NCBI GenBank assembly: GCA_965232515.1
Contig: CBDDPY010000002.1
Coordinates: 1,536,001 to 1,600,000 of the forward strand
Length of the DNA stretch: 64,000 bases
Direction: 5' to 3'
Source of the DNA: Alphaproteobacteria bacterium
GTDB lineage: Bacteria; Pseudomonadota; Alphaproteobacteria; GCA-2731375
The notes beneath the pieces were generated by a model that saw nothing but the letters and a program-made list of their open reading frames with translations, made no database searches and was not told where the DNA came from. Shown here piece by piece: positions 1-9,550 of this stretch; position 1 is the first letter of the stretch; every line of letters starts with the position of its first letter. The position numbers and the translations under genes were made by a program.

Positions 1-2
1 GG

Positions 3-584
3 ATCCCCGGGGACAGCGCTGTCGGACAGGTTCTCGGCAACACGCTGCAAAATACCTTCCGGCAGCTCGACCGCGTCACCAAGGCCGAGGCGCCTTGCAT
101 CGCCCGGGGGCTGACCGCGCTTCTGCGCAGCGTGTTGATCGAGGATGCCGCCAAGGCCCAGTCGTCTCCGGCCTTCGCCAGCGCCCGCAGCCAGGCCATT
201 CGCGCTTACATCGAACGGCATCTGCGCGACGAAACGCTCGGCGCCGACACGATCTGCGCGCAGTTCAACATCTCCCGCGCGACCCTCTACCGCAACCTGA
301 AGGCGGAGGGCGGGCTTGAGCGCTATGTCGTCGCCCGACGACTCGAAGCGGCCCTCATGTCTCTCGCCTTCGGGCCGGCGGAGCGTGGTGCGGTCGTCCG
401 TGCGGCGGAGCATTGGCGTTTCGCCTCCACCACCCATTTCAGCCGGGAATTCCGCCGCCGGTTCGGCTTCGCGCCGAGCGATGTCGTCCACCAGGGACAG
501 CGCGCGAACGTCGACGAACCGGGCGGCACGCACCAGCAACGCGAACGGCACATCAACATCCTGCCCTTCCTACGGCGTCTTTGA
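3..584 (+). CDS. AraC-family transcriptional regulator (5'-partial, frame open to window start)
   Basis: C-terminal AraC HTH (IRAYIERHL...ISRATLYR...HFSREFRRRFGFAPS); no stop in frame from base 3. Confidence 0.85.
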   Translation: MPGDSAVGQVLGNTLQNTFRQLDRVTKAEAPCIARGLTALLRSVLIEDAAKAQSSPAFASARSQAIRAYIERHLRDETLGADTICAQFNISRATLYRNLKAEGGLERYVVARRLEAALMSLAFGPAERGAVVRAAEHWRFASTTHFSREFRRRFGFAPSDVVHQGQRANVDEPGGTHQQRERHINILPFLRRL

Positions 585-611
585 GACGGTCAGACCACAA
601 AGTCGCGACGC
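582..611 (+). promoter_or_regulatory. Putative AraC operator, direct repeat TGAGACG/CGCGACG with 22-bp period
   Basis: Same arrangement recurs at 6675-6704, in both cases between an AraC gene and a CTERM gene. Confidence 0.5.
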
Positions 612-713
612 CTGGATCACGACATCACGGGGCCGTTTCGCCAGGATAGCCTGACGTTCCGACCGCTTTGGCGCCCGCCTGCCAGCGGCTCGTTTTGTTT
701 GAAGGATCCAGGC

Positions 714-1262
714 ATGATCAAAACGATACTCGCCTCCTGCGCCGCCGCCGCCATCGCATTTGGCGCCACCGCCGCCGCCGCGATGCCCCTGGCGTTCGAT
801 TTCACCATCGACCTGACGGCAGGGCCCGACGGCACGGGGAGCTTCACGATCGACGGCGCGGAGCTGACGGGCAGCGGTCTTGAGATATTCGCGCCGAATA
901 GCGGCAGCAACACCCTTTTTTCGTTCACCGCAATGGTCGGCGGCCTGACATACACGGCAGCCGACGATCCGAGCTTCGACGAGTTTCCGCAAGTCAGCTT
1001 CCAGGATGGCGTCGTCACCAGCATCAGCTACGCCGGTGAAATCGGCAATCAGTGCCTGAGCATCGGCGCGGGCGCTGGCCTCGGCGTTTTCTTCGGCGAC
1101 CTCTCCGGTTCACCTCTGGAATGCGCCGAACCTGGGTTCTCGTCCGGCGAGATCACCAACATCACCACGGACACGGCCAGTCCGGTTCCAGCGCCCGCGA
1201 CGGCACTGTTGTTCGCGACCGGGATCGGTGTTCTGGGGCTTTGGCGCCGTCGCCGCGCATGA
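714..1262 (+). CDS. PEP-CTERM-like sorted surface protein
   Basis: Signal peptide MIKTILASCAAAAIAFGATAAAA; C-terminus VPAPATALLFATGIGVLGLWRRRRA. Confidence 0.85.
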   Translation: MIKTILASCAAAAIAFGATAAAAMPLAFDFTIDLTAGPDGTGSFTIDGAELTGSGLEIFAPNSGSNTLFSFTAMVGGLTYTAADDPSFDEFPQVSFQDGVVTSISYAGEIGNQCLSIGAGAGLGVFFGDLSGSPLECAEPGFSSGEITNITTDTASPVPAPATALLFATGIGVLGLWRRRRA

Positions 1263-1546
1263 CGCTCGTGCGCGGGCTTCCTGTTTGCAACACCGTTTCA
1301 ACGCGTCGGCGAAGCGCAAGATCAACGGTTGACGTGCCTTTGTATCGCCGATGACGACCTGAAACTTGATTTTGCAGATGGTCCCACTCGCGCTGCCGGT
1401 CTTCCACGGCACGGATCCGACCGCGGCGCTGTTTGCCTTGAAGGGAAAGGCGCCGGACGGCTCGGTCTTTGGAGTTGGTTCGATCACCGACCGACTTGAT
1501 CGGAAACCGAGATCATCCGGGGATGTCAGTTCTGGGAGATGTAACG

Positions 1547-2167
1547 ATGAGGTTGATGAGCTTAGGTGCAGCCGTGGTCGCGGCTGGAATTGCAACCTTC
1601 GGTCCGCCGATCATAACCGCCAATGCCGCCGTTATCGTCACGGTGCAGGAAGTCGGTCAAAACGTGGTTTTCGAATCCACCGGCTCACTGGACATAGCCG
1701 GCCTCACGCCGATTGAACAGCAAAACACCTTCGGCTTGGTACGGGGCACGGAATTGTTTGTCTTTGGGACGCCCGGCGTTGACACTACAGTAGATGCTTA
1801 CTTAGCAACGTCCGTTCCGACAAATTTTGGCGGATCCGAGATATCCGCCCCGGACTCGTTCGTCGCGACCAGTCCTCCCGACAGCGCCTTCGGCGCCCTG
1901 ATCGGCCCTCCAGTCATTCGCCTGCCCTTGGGTTACACGTCGGGAACGCCGTTGATCTTCGAAATGGCGTTCATTGACGAGAGCTTCATGAGTATGGAGC
2001 TTACCCCAGGCACGTATGTCTGGACGTTGGAGAATGACGATACCGTCACCCTGCAAATCGGCGGCCCGGCCGAGGTGACGGCGCCGCCGACGTTGTCGAT
2101 GCTTGGGGCGGCCGTTGTCGGCCTGGGGCTGGTTGCCAGGCGCCGGCGCAAGGCCCGATCCCGCTAG
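1547..2167 (+). CDS. PEP-CTERM-like sorted surface protein (EVTAP variant)
   Basis: Signal peptide ending ANA; C-terminus EVTAPPTLSMLGAAVVGLGLVARRRRK; GGAG RBS before ATG 1547. Confidence 0.8.
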   Translation: MRLMSLGAAVVAAGIATFGPPIITANAAVIVTVQEVGQNVVFESTGSLDIAGLTPIEQQNTFGLVRGTELFVFGTPGVDTTVDAYLATSVPTNFGGSEISAPDSFVATSPPDSAFGALIGPPVIRLPLGYTSGTPLIFEMAFIDESFMSMELTPGTYVWTLENDDTVTLQIGGPAEVTAPPTLSMLGAAVVGLGLVARRRRKARSR

Positions 2168-2171
2168 GACG

Positions 2172-2276
2172 ACGGCGACAGTTTACGAAATCGCTTTTTC
2201 GACACGCGTTCTGGCCGCGCTCCCCGCGCCATTTTGGAGAATTTGCAAACCATCACCGGTACTAAACTGTCACCGT
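2172..2276. repeat. REP/MITE-like element with GGTGACAGTTTA-type inverted ends
   Basis: ACGGCGACAGTTTAC ... TAAACTGTCACCGT. Confidence 0.6.
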
Positions 2277-2328
2277 TATTGGGTCGAACGCGCCTGCCCG
2301 TGCGGATGAGTTACTAATGGAGTAAACG

Positions 2329-2616
2329 ATGTTCATCAGAGCCATTGCGGCATTGGCACTGGCGATTGGCTTGCCGGCAGCGGCGCAATCCGCGCCAATC
2401 CTGGATTTCTCCGGATTTGAGGTCTCGCTTTCGACAAGCGCGACAAGCGTTTTTGGTAGCCCGACGACCCTTGCGTCCGTTGCGCCGGCCTCGGATACGG
2501 CAACGATTGGCGCCGGCGACGAATTCCAGGTCGAGGTGACGCTGGGCAGCGGAACAGGCCTCTTAAGCATCGACTTTGGTCCGTCCGACGCCGCCGTGTC
2601 GGCCCCTAAAACATGA
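2329..2616 (+). pseudogene. Truncated CTERM-family secreted protein (signal peptide kept, sorting signal lost)
   Basis: MFIRAIAALALAIGLPAAAQSAPI...; ends out of frame in the CGCCGCCG..TCGGCCCCT..AACATGA tail shared with 6983-7013 and 7990-8020. Confidence 0.65.
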
Positions 2617-2674
2617 CATGGGCAGGACGTTTGTACCGCTGCCTGCGTCGCACAAATTGAGAAAGAAACCACCC

Positions 2675-3271
2675 ATGGCATCCAGAATTCTTGCCGTCCT
2701 TGCGCTCACTCTTGGCCTCTTACACCCGGTGACGGCCAAAGCGATTACCTATACCGCCTTTTCCAACACAAGCGGCATCGCCTGCCAGACCGGATGCGTT
2801 GCAAGTGCAACGATGGAGGGCTTTTTTACGATTGCGGACATTGGAACCATTTCTTCTCCCGCGCAGATCCTCGATTACAGCCTGACACTCGACAACCGAA
2901 ATGTACCCCCTCCCTTCAGTTTCTTGACAACGCTAACCCCGGCAAACTCGACGATCGATATTCGCGGCGACTACGCATTGACCGCCACCGGTACGGAGCT
3001 TTTCATGAGCTTCGGCAATAGCGGGCGCTTTGTCATTGTCGCCAGCAACCTCTCCTTTCGATGGGAATTTCGCAGCATTGCCGGTGGCTCACCAATCCAC
3101 AGGATCGGTGACATCCATTCGTTTAACTATGCGCCGGGCACAAATGTGCTGGCCGGGATCGCATCACCGCCAACGTCCATTCCTCTGCCCGCCTCTATCT
3201 CGTTCTTCGCCACCGGTCTCGGCGCACTGGGCGCTTTCGCCTTCGCGAAGCGCGGGCGCAGGACCACGTGA
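2675..3271 (+). CDS. VPLPA-CTERM surface protein, paralog 1
   Basis: Signal peptide ending AKA; CxxxC; C-terminus IPLPASISFFATGLGALGAFAFAKRGRR. Confidence 0.85.
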   Translation: MASRILAVLALTLGLLHPVTAKAITYTAFSNTSGIACQTGCVASATMEGFFTIADIGTISSPAQILDYSLTLDNRNVPPPFSFLTTLTPANSTIDIRGDYALTATGTELFMSFGNSGRFVIVASNLSFRWEFRSIAGGSPIHRIGDIHSFNYAPGTNVLAGIASPPTSIPLPASISFFATGLGALGAFAFAKRGRRTT

Positions 3272-3307
3272 CGCGCCGCGCCGCCCGGATACCGAAAGGC
3301 CCAATGG

Positions 3308-3325
3308 AATTATGGTGACAGTTTG
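3308..3325. repeat. Half copy of GGTGACAGTTT REP-like end
   Basis: AATTATGGTGACAGTTTG. Confidence 0.5.
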
Positions 3326-3351
3326 TTGAACTCCTAAACAGTGAGAGCAAT

Positions 3352-3942
3352 ATGTTTCGACGACTGACGAAGGCGATGCTCGGCCTGGCCCTGCTGGCCA
3401 CGGCCAGCTACGCCGCGCCCGCAAAGGCGGCGCCGATCACCTTGCTGCTGACCTATGCCGAGTCCGGGGGCGGCACCATGACCGGAAGCGGCAGCGTCAC
3501 CTTCGACGACAGCCTGCTGGCGCCCGGCCTGATCACCATCGAAGCACCGCCCACGAGCCTCGACGCATTTTCGCTCATCCTGTTCGATCCCGTATTCCCG
3601 GGCGGATCGACGTCATTTGCGCTCGCCGATCTGTCGGAATGGCTTCTTTTGCCCGGCCCAACCGGCCGCGCCGAAGACATCTTCGACATTAACTTCTTCA
3701 TGAATACGGCCAATAGCGACGGATTCAGTTTCTCCGGCCTGGACCCAAACCTTATTGAGGTCTGTGACGGCTCGGCGGCTGGCAACCCCGATCCCGGGTG
3801 TAGCAGCCTCGGTTCAACGCCTCTGGCCGCACTCGAATTGCGCGACATCGCGGTCGCCGTGCCCCAGCCCGCCACCATCACCCTCCTCGGCGCTGGCCTC
3901 CTCGCCCTCGGCTGGGCCCGCCGCCGCGCCGCGTTGCGGTGA
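3352..3942 (+). CDS. PEP-CTERM sorted surface protein
   Basis: Signal peptide ending AKA; C-terminus VPQPATITLLGAGLLALGWARRRAALR. Confidence 0.85.
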   Translation: MFRRLTKAMLGLALLATASYAAPAKAAPITLLLTYAESGGGTMTGSGSVTFDDSLLAPGLITIEAPPTSLDAFSLILFDPVFPGGSTSFALADLSEWLLLPGPTGRAEDIFDINFFMNTANSDGFSFSGLDPNLIEVCDGSAAGNPDPGCSSLGSTPLAALELRDIAVAVPQPATITLLGAGLLALGWARRRAALR

Positions 3943-4026
3943 CAGTTTACTCGATCCCCAAATGATAATGGAGGCGCAACCGAAGTCGGTTTTTGAGAAA
4001 GGAATTCAGTAAACCGTCACTGTAAC
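3934..4026. repeat. REP/MITE-like element; supplies the TGA stop of the upstream gene
   Basis: TTGCGGTGACAGTTTAC ... GTAAACCGTCACTGTAAC; interior similar to 8697-8786. Confidence 0.65.
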
Positions 4027-4059
4027 TCCCGAGACCGGAAGGCTAAGACACCGCCGGCC

Positions 4060-4259
4060 TTGCCGACCTTCAGATCGGCCAAGCGTCCGGGTTCGACGCA
4101 TCTGGATCATGCCTTGCAGCCGGGACAGCTTTCCTGAAGGTCGGCCCCAACCTCGCAATGCGCACCGTCCTCACCGGCCCCGAGGCCGCCCGGCACGCCT
4201 ACCGTACGCTGGTCGACGGCGACGTCGACCAGAACGAGGCGCTGGTGCTGACGTCTTAG
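4060..4259 (+). pseudogene. 3' remnant of a gene, DUF2855-like C-terminus
   Basis: Translates to FLKVGPNLAMRTVLTGPEAARHAYRTLVDGDVDQNEALVLTS*; homologous copy at 9633-9812; family assignment from recall. Confidence 0.45.
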
Positions 4260-4319
4260 GGATAGTCAGGCCGCGGTCGGCAACTGCCGAAGCATTGGCC
4301 CTATCGAAAATCCGCATCA

Positions 4320-4351
<32 letters not shown>

Positions 4352-4441
4352 AGGCCAACATAATCCAATCAAATCAAAGGCTAACCAAGGCGGGCCAAAA
4401 GCGCGCCTTTTTTGTGCCTCCAAGAATCAACAACTTGGCCC

Positions 4442-4466
4442 GTAGGTTCAAATCACCCCGCAACCA
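4442..4466 (+). mobile_element. Second, degenerate tRNA-fMet 3' att relic
   Basis: GTAGGTTCAAATC-ACCCCGCAACCA. Confidence 0.6.
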
Positions 4467-4501
4467 ACAGCGTCCAGACTTGCCAACGACCGATGCAACC
4501 A

Positions 4502-4577
4502 ATTGGCTTGGGTAGTCCCAAGGCGGTCATTCGGTTGTGGCCAGTGGAATGACAGCTATGCGGACAAAGCTGCCGTG
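4502..4577. repeat. Pair of 30-bp imperfect palindromes (left flank of cassette-like gene)
   Basis: ATTGGCTTGG..GCGGTCATT and AATGACAGCT-N10-AGCTGCCGTG, 16 bp apart. Confidence 0.5.
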
Positions 4578-4651
4578 AGCGTCTGCCCCGAAGAACGACT
4601 TAGGCGCCGCGTCTCCGGGTATTTTCAGGCGAGAGTTTCCGATGTATTCCC

Positions 4652-5140
4652 GTGAAGGAAACGAAGGCAAGGCTCAATTGTGGCGAAGCACTCGGCTTGG
4701 GAGACGAAACTTTGAACGCACTTGATAGGGTCCTCCCCAAGGGACTTCTGGTCGTGTCCGCGGGCCTGCTGTGCTGGGGGCTGCTGGGATTGTTGGAATA
4801 CGCGTTCCCAGAGTTGGATCTGGGTCTTCAAAACGGTGATTTTCCGCCCGGCCTTCAGTTTTTGCACTTCTTTGCACTTGTACTGACGGGATCGATCTTC
4901 TTTTTCGGCTACCTTTGGCGGTGGCCCCATACGCCTTACGCGACAATCACGATGTACGCCGTGCTGGCCGCCATCTGCTTTATCGAGACCATAGATTTCG
5001 GTGCATTCGGAGGCGGAACGACCGGCGTCATGATCATGCTTTGCGAGTTCGCCCTTTATGTCGGACTATCGACTTATCTGCTTCGATCAAACGGCGTCCA
5101 TAGTCATTTCAGCCGGGCCGGGCAAAAGCATGCCGTCTAG
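4652..5140 (+). CDS. Hypothetical membrane protein, about 4 TM helices (start uncertain)
   Basis: Four hydrophobic segments in a 162-aa ORF. Confidence 0.7.
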   Translation: MKETKARLNCGEALGLGDETLNALDRVLPKGLLVVSAGLLCWGLLGLLEYAFPELDLGLQNGDFPPGLQFLHFFALVLTGSIFFFGYLWRWPHTPYATITMYAVLAAICFIETIDFGAFGGGTTGVMIMLCEFALYVGLSTYLLRSNGVHSHFSRAGQKHAV

Positions 5141-5149
5141 ACGGTTGGG

Positions 5150-5225
5150 AATGCCCGAAAGGGGCTCTTTCCGGTCATTGCGGGTTCCGCTACCAACGGC
5201 CGCTTTTTGACCGAACCGTCACATT
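5150..5225. repeat. Pair of 30/31-bp imperfect palindromes (right flank)
   Basis: AATGCCCGAA-N10-TCCGGTCATT and AACGGCCGCT..CGTCACATT, 15 bp apart. Confidence 0.5.
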
Positions 5226-5254
5226 CAGGCGCTGTCATATATTGGATTGGCGCT

Positions 5255-5420
5255 TTATGAAGCTGCTTGGAAAAGGCCATGCTGCTGTCGACGGTTGCGC
5301 TCCCCCGCAACCAATTTTATAGATTCTTCAGTGAAGCCCTCCCGATCGGAGGGCTTCGCCTTTTGCGCCGCCGGCGAAAGAATGCCCGCCAGCTTGCCTT
5401 CCCGTACGTCGCGGCGCCTT
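5255..5420 (-). pseudogene. C-terminal relic of a large serine recombinase overlapping an att-like site (5293-5317)
   Basis: Minus strand reads EGKLAGILSPAAQKAKPSDREGFTEESIKLVAGERN; site GGTTGCG-N6-CGCAACC; CCCCCGCAACCAATTT identical to 4336-4351. Confidence 0.55.
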
Positions 5421-5528
5421 CCCAACGGCCCCGACCGGGCATCACGCGCTTGCGGAGCTAACCAGCCGCAGACGGTGCTCAAGCTTGTCAGGCCACCGGC
5501 TCGGATACAGTATGGTACCCGTCTGACC

Positions 5529-6575
5529 ATGCGCTACGACATCGACACATATCACGACCATGCCCGCGCGTTCTTTGGGGTCAAGCTACTCACGCCCAGA
5601 GAGGAGTTCCAGGCAGACGTTACATTTCTGCTGCACGACAATCTGATCGCGACGGACGTCAAGTTCTCCAACCAAATAATGGATCGGAATCCACAGCGGA
5701 TCACCGAATTCGACACAGAGTATGTCCTGCTCGAGACGTATTCGCGCGGGCACACGCGCGGTCTCTCGGACGGGCAACACACGACACTCGTCAACCCCGG
5801 CATCGTCCACCTGATAGACTGGTCGCGGAGCTATGTCGGTATGACCAATAGCGTCGAGGGCATTGGCGCTCAAATTCCCCATTCGGTACTTGGCTACGAC
5901 CCCTCAAAACATCCCGCTTATCTAGCGCTCCCGATAGAAGCAAGCCGCGGTCGGCTACTGTCCCTCAGCCTGCAGCTATTTGTCGAGGCGTTGCGCCACG
6001 GTCCATCGCGGGACGCGGAGGTGCTCGGAGCGACCCTCGTCGGGCTGGTTCGCACTTGCTTTTTGGGAGAGCGCGACTGGGATCGTGACCCAGCGCAGGA
6101 CAGGTCACGACGCGCCCTGATCGAAGAGCATATCCGGCGCAATCTCGGTCCCGAGGCCCTCGATATCGACCGGGTTTGCCGTGATCTCGGCATGTCGCGG
6201 GCCACCCTCTACCGCACCTTTGGCGGCGGCATCGAACAGTTCGTCAAAAGCGAGCGGCTGAACAAATGTTTCGCTGAACTTGCAAAGGGCAAGAGGGAGG
6301 CCGGCACCGTGCGCCGGGTGGCGGAGCGCTGGGGGTTCTACGATCCAGGCAATTTCCGCCGCAGTTTTCGGGCGTCGTTCGGCATTTCGCCGTCCGATTG
6401 CCTGGACGGCCCGCCGGCGCAGGACGGCCGCGATGTTTCATACGTCGACCACCCGGTCATGCGGATTCTCCGCGATCGCCGGGCAGCGGCCGGAACGCTT
6501 GGTAGCGATGGTCCGTTTCCGACGCCCCCGCCAGACCCGACGCGCCTGAGGCAGGGCGACGCTTCGCCTACCTGA
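5529..6575 (+). CDS. AraC-family transcriptional regulator
   Basis: N-terminal ligand-binding region plus HTH (IEEHIRRNL...MSRATLYR...FRRSFRASFGISPS); paralog of 3-584. Confidence 0.85.
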   Translation: MRYDIDTYHDHARAFFGVKLLTPREEFQADVTFLLHDNLIATDVKFSNQIMDRNPQRITEFDTEYVLLETYSRGHTRGLSDGQHTTLVNPGIVHLIDWSRSYVGMTNSVEGIGAQIPHSVLGYDPSKHPAYLALPIEASRGRLLSLSLQLFVEALRHGPSRDAEVLGATLVGLVRTCFLGERDWDRDPAQDRSRRALIEEHIRRNLGPEALDIDRVCRDLGMSRATLYRTFGGGIEQFVKSERLNKCFAELAKGKREAGTVRRVAERWGFYDPGNFRRSFRASFGISPSDCLDGPPAQDGRDVSYVDHPVMRILRDRRAAAGTLGSDGPFPTPPPDPTRLRQGDASPT

Positions 6576-6674
6576 CCATCCCGCCGGCAAGCGGTGGGAT
6601 TCAGGCCGCGCCTAGCCCGCATTTCTCACCACCACCACGGTCACGCCGACTGACCCCCCTGGGCAGTGTCGGCG

Positions 6675-6704
6675 TGAGACGCAGCGACTACAAACTTGAG
6701 ACGC
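6675..6704 (+). promoter_or_regulatory. Putative AraC operator, TGAGACGC direct repeat with 22-bp period
   Basis: TGAGACGcagcgactacaaactTGAGACGC. Confidence 0.55.
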
Positions 6705-6793
6705 TCAGCCCTTGGCGAAGGGGTCGCTCTCTCTAGAGTAGACACTGTGCAAAACGCGCGAACGAAGTAGCGAGCCAGCAAGGAGCTACAGAA

Positions 6794-7013
6794 ATGAAAT
6801 CTCTCTTATCTGCGGTAACCGTTGGGTGCAGCCTCGCAACTACATCCTGGAAGTTTCGTGGGCGTGCTGGCCATTGAAGAGGCGCTGGGCCCCATCACGA
6901 TCGCGGCCGACATACGGGAAGTTACCGCTCCGAGCAGCCTCGCGCTGGTTCTTAGCGGCCTTGCCGGACTTGCTCTCGCCCGCCGCCGCATCGGCCCCTG
7001 GAACATGACATGA
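6794..7013 (+). pseudogene. Internally deleted CTERM gene
   Basis: AGGAG RBS plus MKSLLSAVTVGCSLAT, then in another frame EVTAPSSLALVLSGLAGLALARRRIGPWNMT*. Confidence 0.65.
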
Positions 7014-7066
7014 GCAGGTTGTTTGTACCGCGGCTTGCGTCGCACAACTTGAGAAAGAAGCCACCC

Positions 7067-7669
7067 ATGAAATCTAGAACTCTTGCCGTCCTTGCGCTCA
7101 CGCTTGGCCTCTTACACCCGGTTGCGGCCAAAGCGATTATCTATACCGCCTTTTCCAACACAAGCGGCATCGCCTGCCAGACGGGTTGCCCGCGTGCATC
7201 GATGGAGGGGCTTTTTGAAATTGAGGACATAGGGACCATTTCTTCCCCCGCGCAGATCCTCGATTACAGCCTGACACTCGACGCTATCGGCGCGCTCAAC
7301 GGCGTCCCCTTCAATTTCGTCACAACGCTAACCCCGGCAAACTCGACGATCGATATTCGCGGCGACTACGCATTGACCGCCACCGGTACGGAGCTTTTCA
7401 TGAGCTTCGGCAGTGCCGGGCGCTTTACGATTATCGACGACAACAACAGCTCCTTTCGATGGGAATTTCGCAGCATTGCCGGAGAGTCGCCAATCCACAG
7501 GATCGGTGACCTCTCTTCGATCGAATATGCGCCGGGCACAAATGTGCTGGCCGGGGTCGCTTCACCGCCAACATCCATTCCGCTGCCCGCCTCCATCTCG
7601 CTCTTCCTTACCGGTCTCGGCGCACTGGGCGCTTCAGCCTTGGCAAAACGCGTGCGCGGGGCCGCGTGA
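7067..7669 (+). CDS. VPLPA-CTERM surface protein, paralog 2
   Basis: Highly similar to 2675-3271; IPLPASISLFLTGLGALGASALAKRVRG. Confidence 0.85.
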   Translation: MKSRTLAVLALTLGLLHPVAAKAIIYTAFSNTSGIACQTGCPRASMEGLFEIEDIGTISSPAQILDYSLTLDAIGALNGVPFNFVTTLTPANSTIDIRGDYALTATGTELFMSFGSAGRFTIIDDNNSSFRWEFRSIAGESPIHRIGDLSSIEYAPGTNVLAGVASPPTSIPLPASISLFLTGLGALGASALAKRVRGAA

Positions 7670-7683
7670 CGCGCCGCGCCGGA

Positions 7684-7701
7684 ATTGCGGTGACAGTTTA
7701 T
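7684..7701. repeat. Half copy of GGTGACAGTTTA REP-like end
   Basis: ATTGCGGTGACAGTTTAT. Confidence 0.5.
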
Positions 7702-7726
7702 TCAGTCCCCAAATAGTGAAGGAAGC

Positions 7727-7780
7727 ATGTTTCGACGACTGACGAAGACCATGCTCGGCTGAGCCCGCCGCCGCCGCGTG
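7727..7780 (+). pseudogene. Deleted copy of the 3352-3942 gene (first and last codons joined)
   Basis: ATGTTTCGACGACTGACGAAG..ATGCTCGGC joined to TGAGCCCGCCGCCG; CTCGGC occurs at both ends of the intact gene. Confidence 0.7.
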
Positions 7781-7900
7781 CGCTGGCGGCACGGCGCAAC
7801 GGAAGACACGCAGTGCCTGCCTGACGGGCGCAGCGAGCTCACACCATAGTCCGCCGTGGGGACGTTTGCGGCTTCACTGAGATCTGTACGAGGAAGAACA

Positions 7901-8020
7901 ATGATCATCCCGTCGAGAGTTGTCACAACGGCTGCCACATTGGCGGCCTCGCGCTGGTTCTTAGCGGCCTTGCCGGACTTGCTCTCGCCCGCCGCTGCCG
8001 CATCGGCCCCTGGAACATGA
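7901..8020 (+). pseudogene. Internally deleted CTERM gene
   Basis: GAGGA RBS plus MIIPSRVVTTAATLAA, joined out of frame to the SLALVLSGLAGLALARR tail seen at 6937-7013. Confidence 0.65.
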
Positions 8021-8078
8021 CATGAGAACGTTGTTTGTACCGCTGCTTCCGTCCCACAGTTTGAGAAAGAAACCACCC

Positions 8079-8675
8079 ATGGAATCTCGGATTCTTGCCG
8101 TCCTTGCCCTCACGCTTGGCCTCTTACACCCGGTTGCGGCCAAAGCGATTACCTATACCGCCTTTTCCAGCACAAGCGGCGCCGCCTGCCAGATAGGATG
8201 CTTTCCAGACGCAAAGATGGAGGGGTTTTTTACGATTGAGGACATTGGAACCATTTCTTCTGCCGCGCAGATCCTCGATTATGGCCTGACAGTCGACAGC
8301 GGAAGTGCACCGCACCCCTTTCGGTTCTTCACAACGCTAACCCCGGCAAACTCGACGATCAGAATTGCCGGCGACTACGCATTGACCGCCACCGGTACGG
8401 AGCTTTTCATGAGCTTCGGCAGTGGTGGGCGCTTTACCATTACCTCGGACGGCGGCAGTGCCGCTGATTGGGTATTTCGCGCCATTACCGGAGGCCCACC
8501 AGTCCACAGGATCGGTATCTCTGAGGCTAGGTATGCGCCGGGTGCAAATGTGCTAATCGGGATCGCATCACCGCCAACGTCGATTCCGCTGCCCGCCTCC
8601 ATCTCGCTCTTCCTTACCGGTCTCGGCGCACTGGGCGCTTCAGCCTTGGCAAAGCGCGTGCGCGGGACCGCGTGA
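8079..8675 (+). CDS. VPLPA-CTERM surface protein, paralog 3
   Basis: Highly similar to paralogs 1 and 2. Confidence 0.85.
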   Translation: MESRILAVLALTLGLLHPVAAKAITYTAFSSTSGAACQIGCFPDAKMEGFFTIEDIGTISSAAQILDYGLTVDSGSAPHPFRFFTTLTPANSTIRIAGDYALTATGTELFMSFGSGGRFTITSDGGSAADWVFRAITGGPPVHRIGISEARYAPGANVLIGIASPPTSIPLPASISLFLTGLGALGASALAKRVRGTA

Positions 8676-8696
8676 CGCGCCGCGCCGGAGTTACGA

Positions 8697-8786
8697 TTAC
8701 GGTGACAGTTTACTAGATCCCCAAATGTAATAGCGGCGCCACCGAAGTCGGCTTCGGAGGAAGAAACTCGTAAACCGTCAACATAA
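8697..8786. repeat. REP/MITE-like element
   Basis: TTACGGTGACAGTTTAC ... GTAAACCGTCAACATAA; interior similar to 3934-4026. Confidence 0.65.
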
Positions 8787-8827
8787 CGCACCGTAACGCC
8801 AGTGTTTCGAACCCGCCCGGGCCGAAA

Positions 8828-9550
8828 TCAGGCGCAGCGAACCGGATAGGTCAGGCCGGAGAACAGGCCGGGCCTGTCGCCGTAGCTTCTCGACGGATCG
8901 TAGCGTTGGGCCAGGCCGGCCGACGGCGGCGTGTTTCCGGAGGCGTACGGATACCAGAGGAACCGGGGATTGACGATGAGGTCGCTGTAGGCCGCGAACT
9001 GAAGCAGGGACAACGTCCCGCCCTCGAATTCCGGCGGCGCTGGTCCGACGAGGGGGACCATGTGCAGGTGGTAGTTGTCCCAACCGCCGGAATCCGTGCC
9101 CGTGGCGCCCATCGTGCCGATCTGCTGGCCCCGCCCGACGTCCTCGCCGGCGCGCACGTCAAAGGTGTCGAGGTGCCAGTAGGTCGTGTAGATGTGGTTG
9201 CCGGACTCATCGGCCCCATGATGGATGGCGACAAACCGACCGCCATCGGACGTCGCGTCCACCAACAGCACCCGGCCCGGCGCCGACGCCAGGATCGGCG
9301 TTCCGCGCGGCAGGTGGATATCGATCCCCGGGTGGGGCCTACTGCGCAGCTTGCCGTGGGCGTTCGTCGCGGCCCACCACTCGGACTCGATGGGCGGGCA
9401 GCCTTGCGCCACGTCGCTCGGCGCGACCTGTTTCAGGGACACGGCATAGGGCGACGGCTTGATGTATTCCGCGCATCCGCCGATCGCGAGCAGGATCGAA
9501 ACGCCGACGCCGGACGCCAAGGCGGCTTTTCGGATCGGACGAGCTTGCAT
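8828..9550 (-). CDS. M23-family metallopeptidase lipoprotein
   Basis: Lipobox-like IGGC; HPGID, YWHL and HLH motifs. Confidence 0.85.
   Translation of the reverse strand: MQARPIRKAALASGVGVSILLAIGGCAEYIKPSPYAVSLKQVAPSDVAQGCPPIESEWWAATNAHGKLRSRPHPGIDIHLPRGTPILASAPGRVLLVDATSDGGRFVAIHHGADESGNHIYTTYWHLDTFDVRAGEDVGRGQQIGTMGATGTDSGGWDNYHLHMVPLVGPAPPEFEGGTLSLLQFAAYSDLIVNPRFLWYPYASGNTPPSAGLAQRYDPSRSYGDRPGLFSGLTYPVRCA

Noticed and set aside
669-682. Sigma54 promoter before the first CTERM gene
   Set aside because: GG and GC are 9 bp apart rather than the required 10
1262-1546. Additional gene between the first two CTERM genes
   Set aside because: Only short frames without RBS or recognisable motif; may be a remnant but cannot be supported
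4502-5225. Integron attC sites
   Set aside because: No RYYYAAC...GTTRRRY ends and no intI in the window
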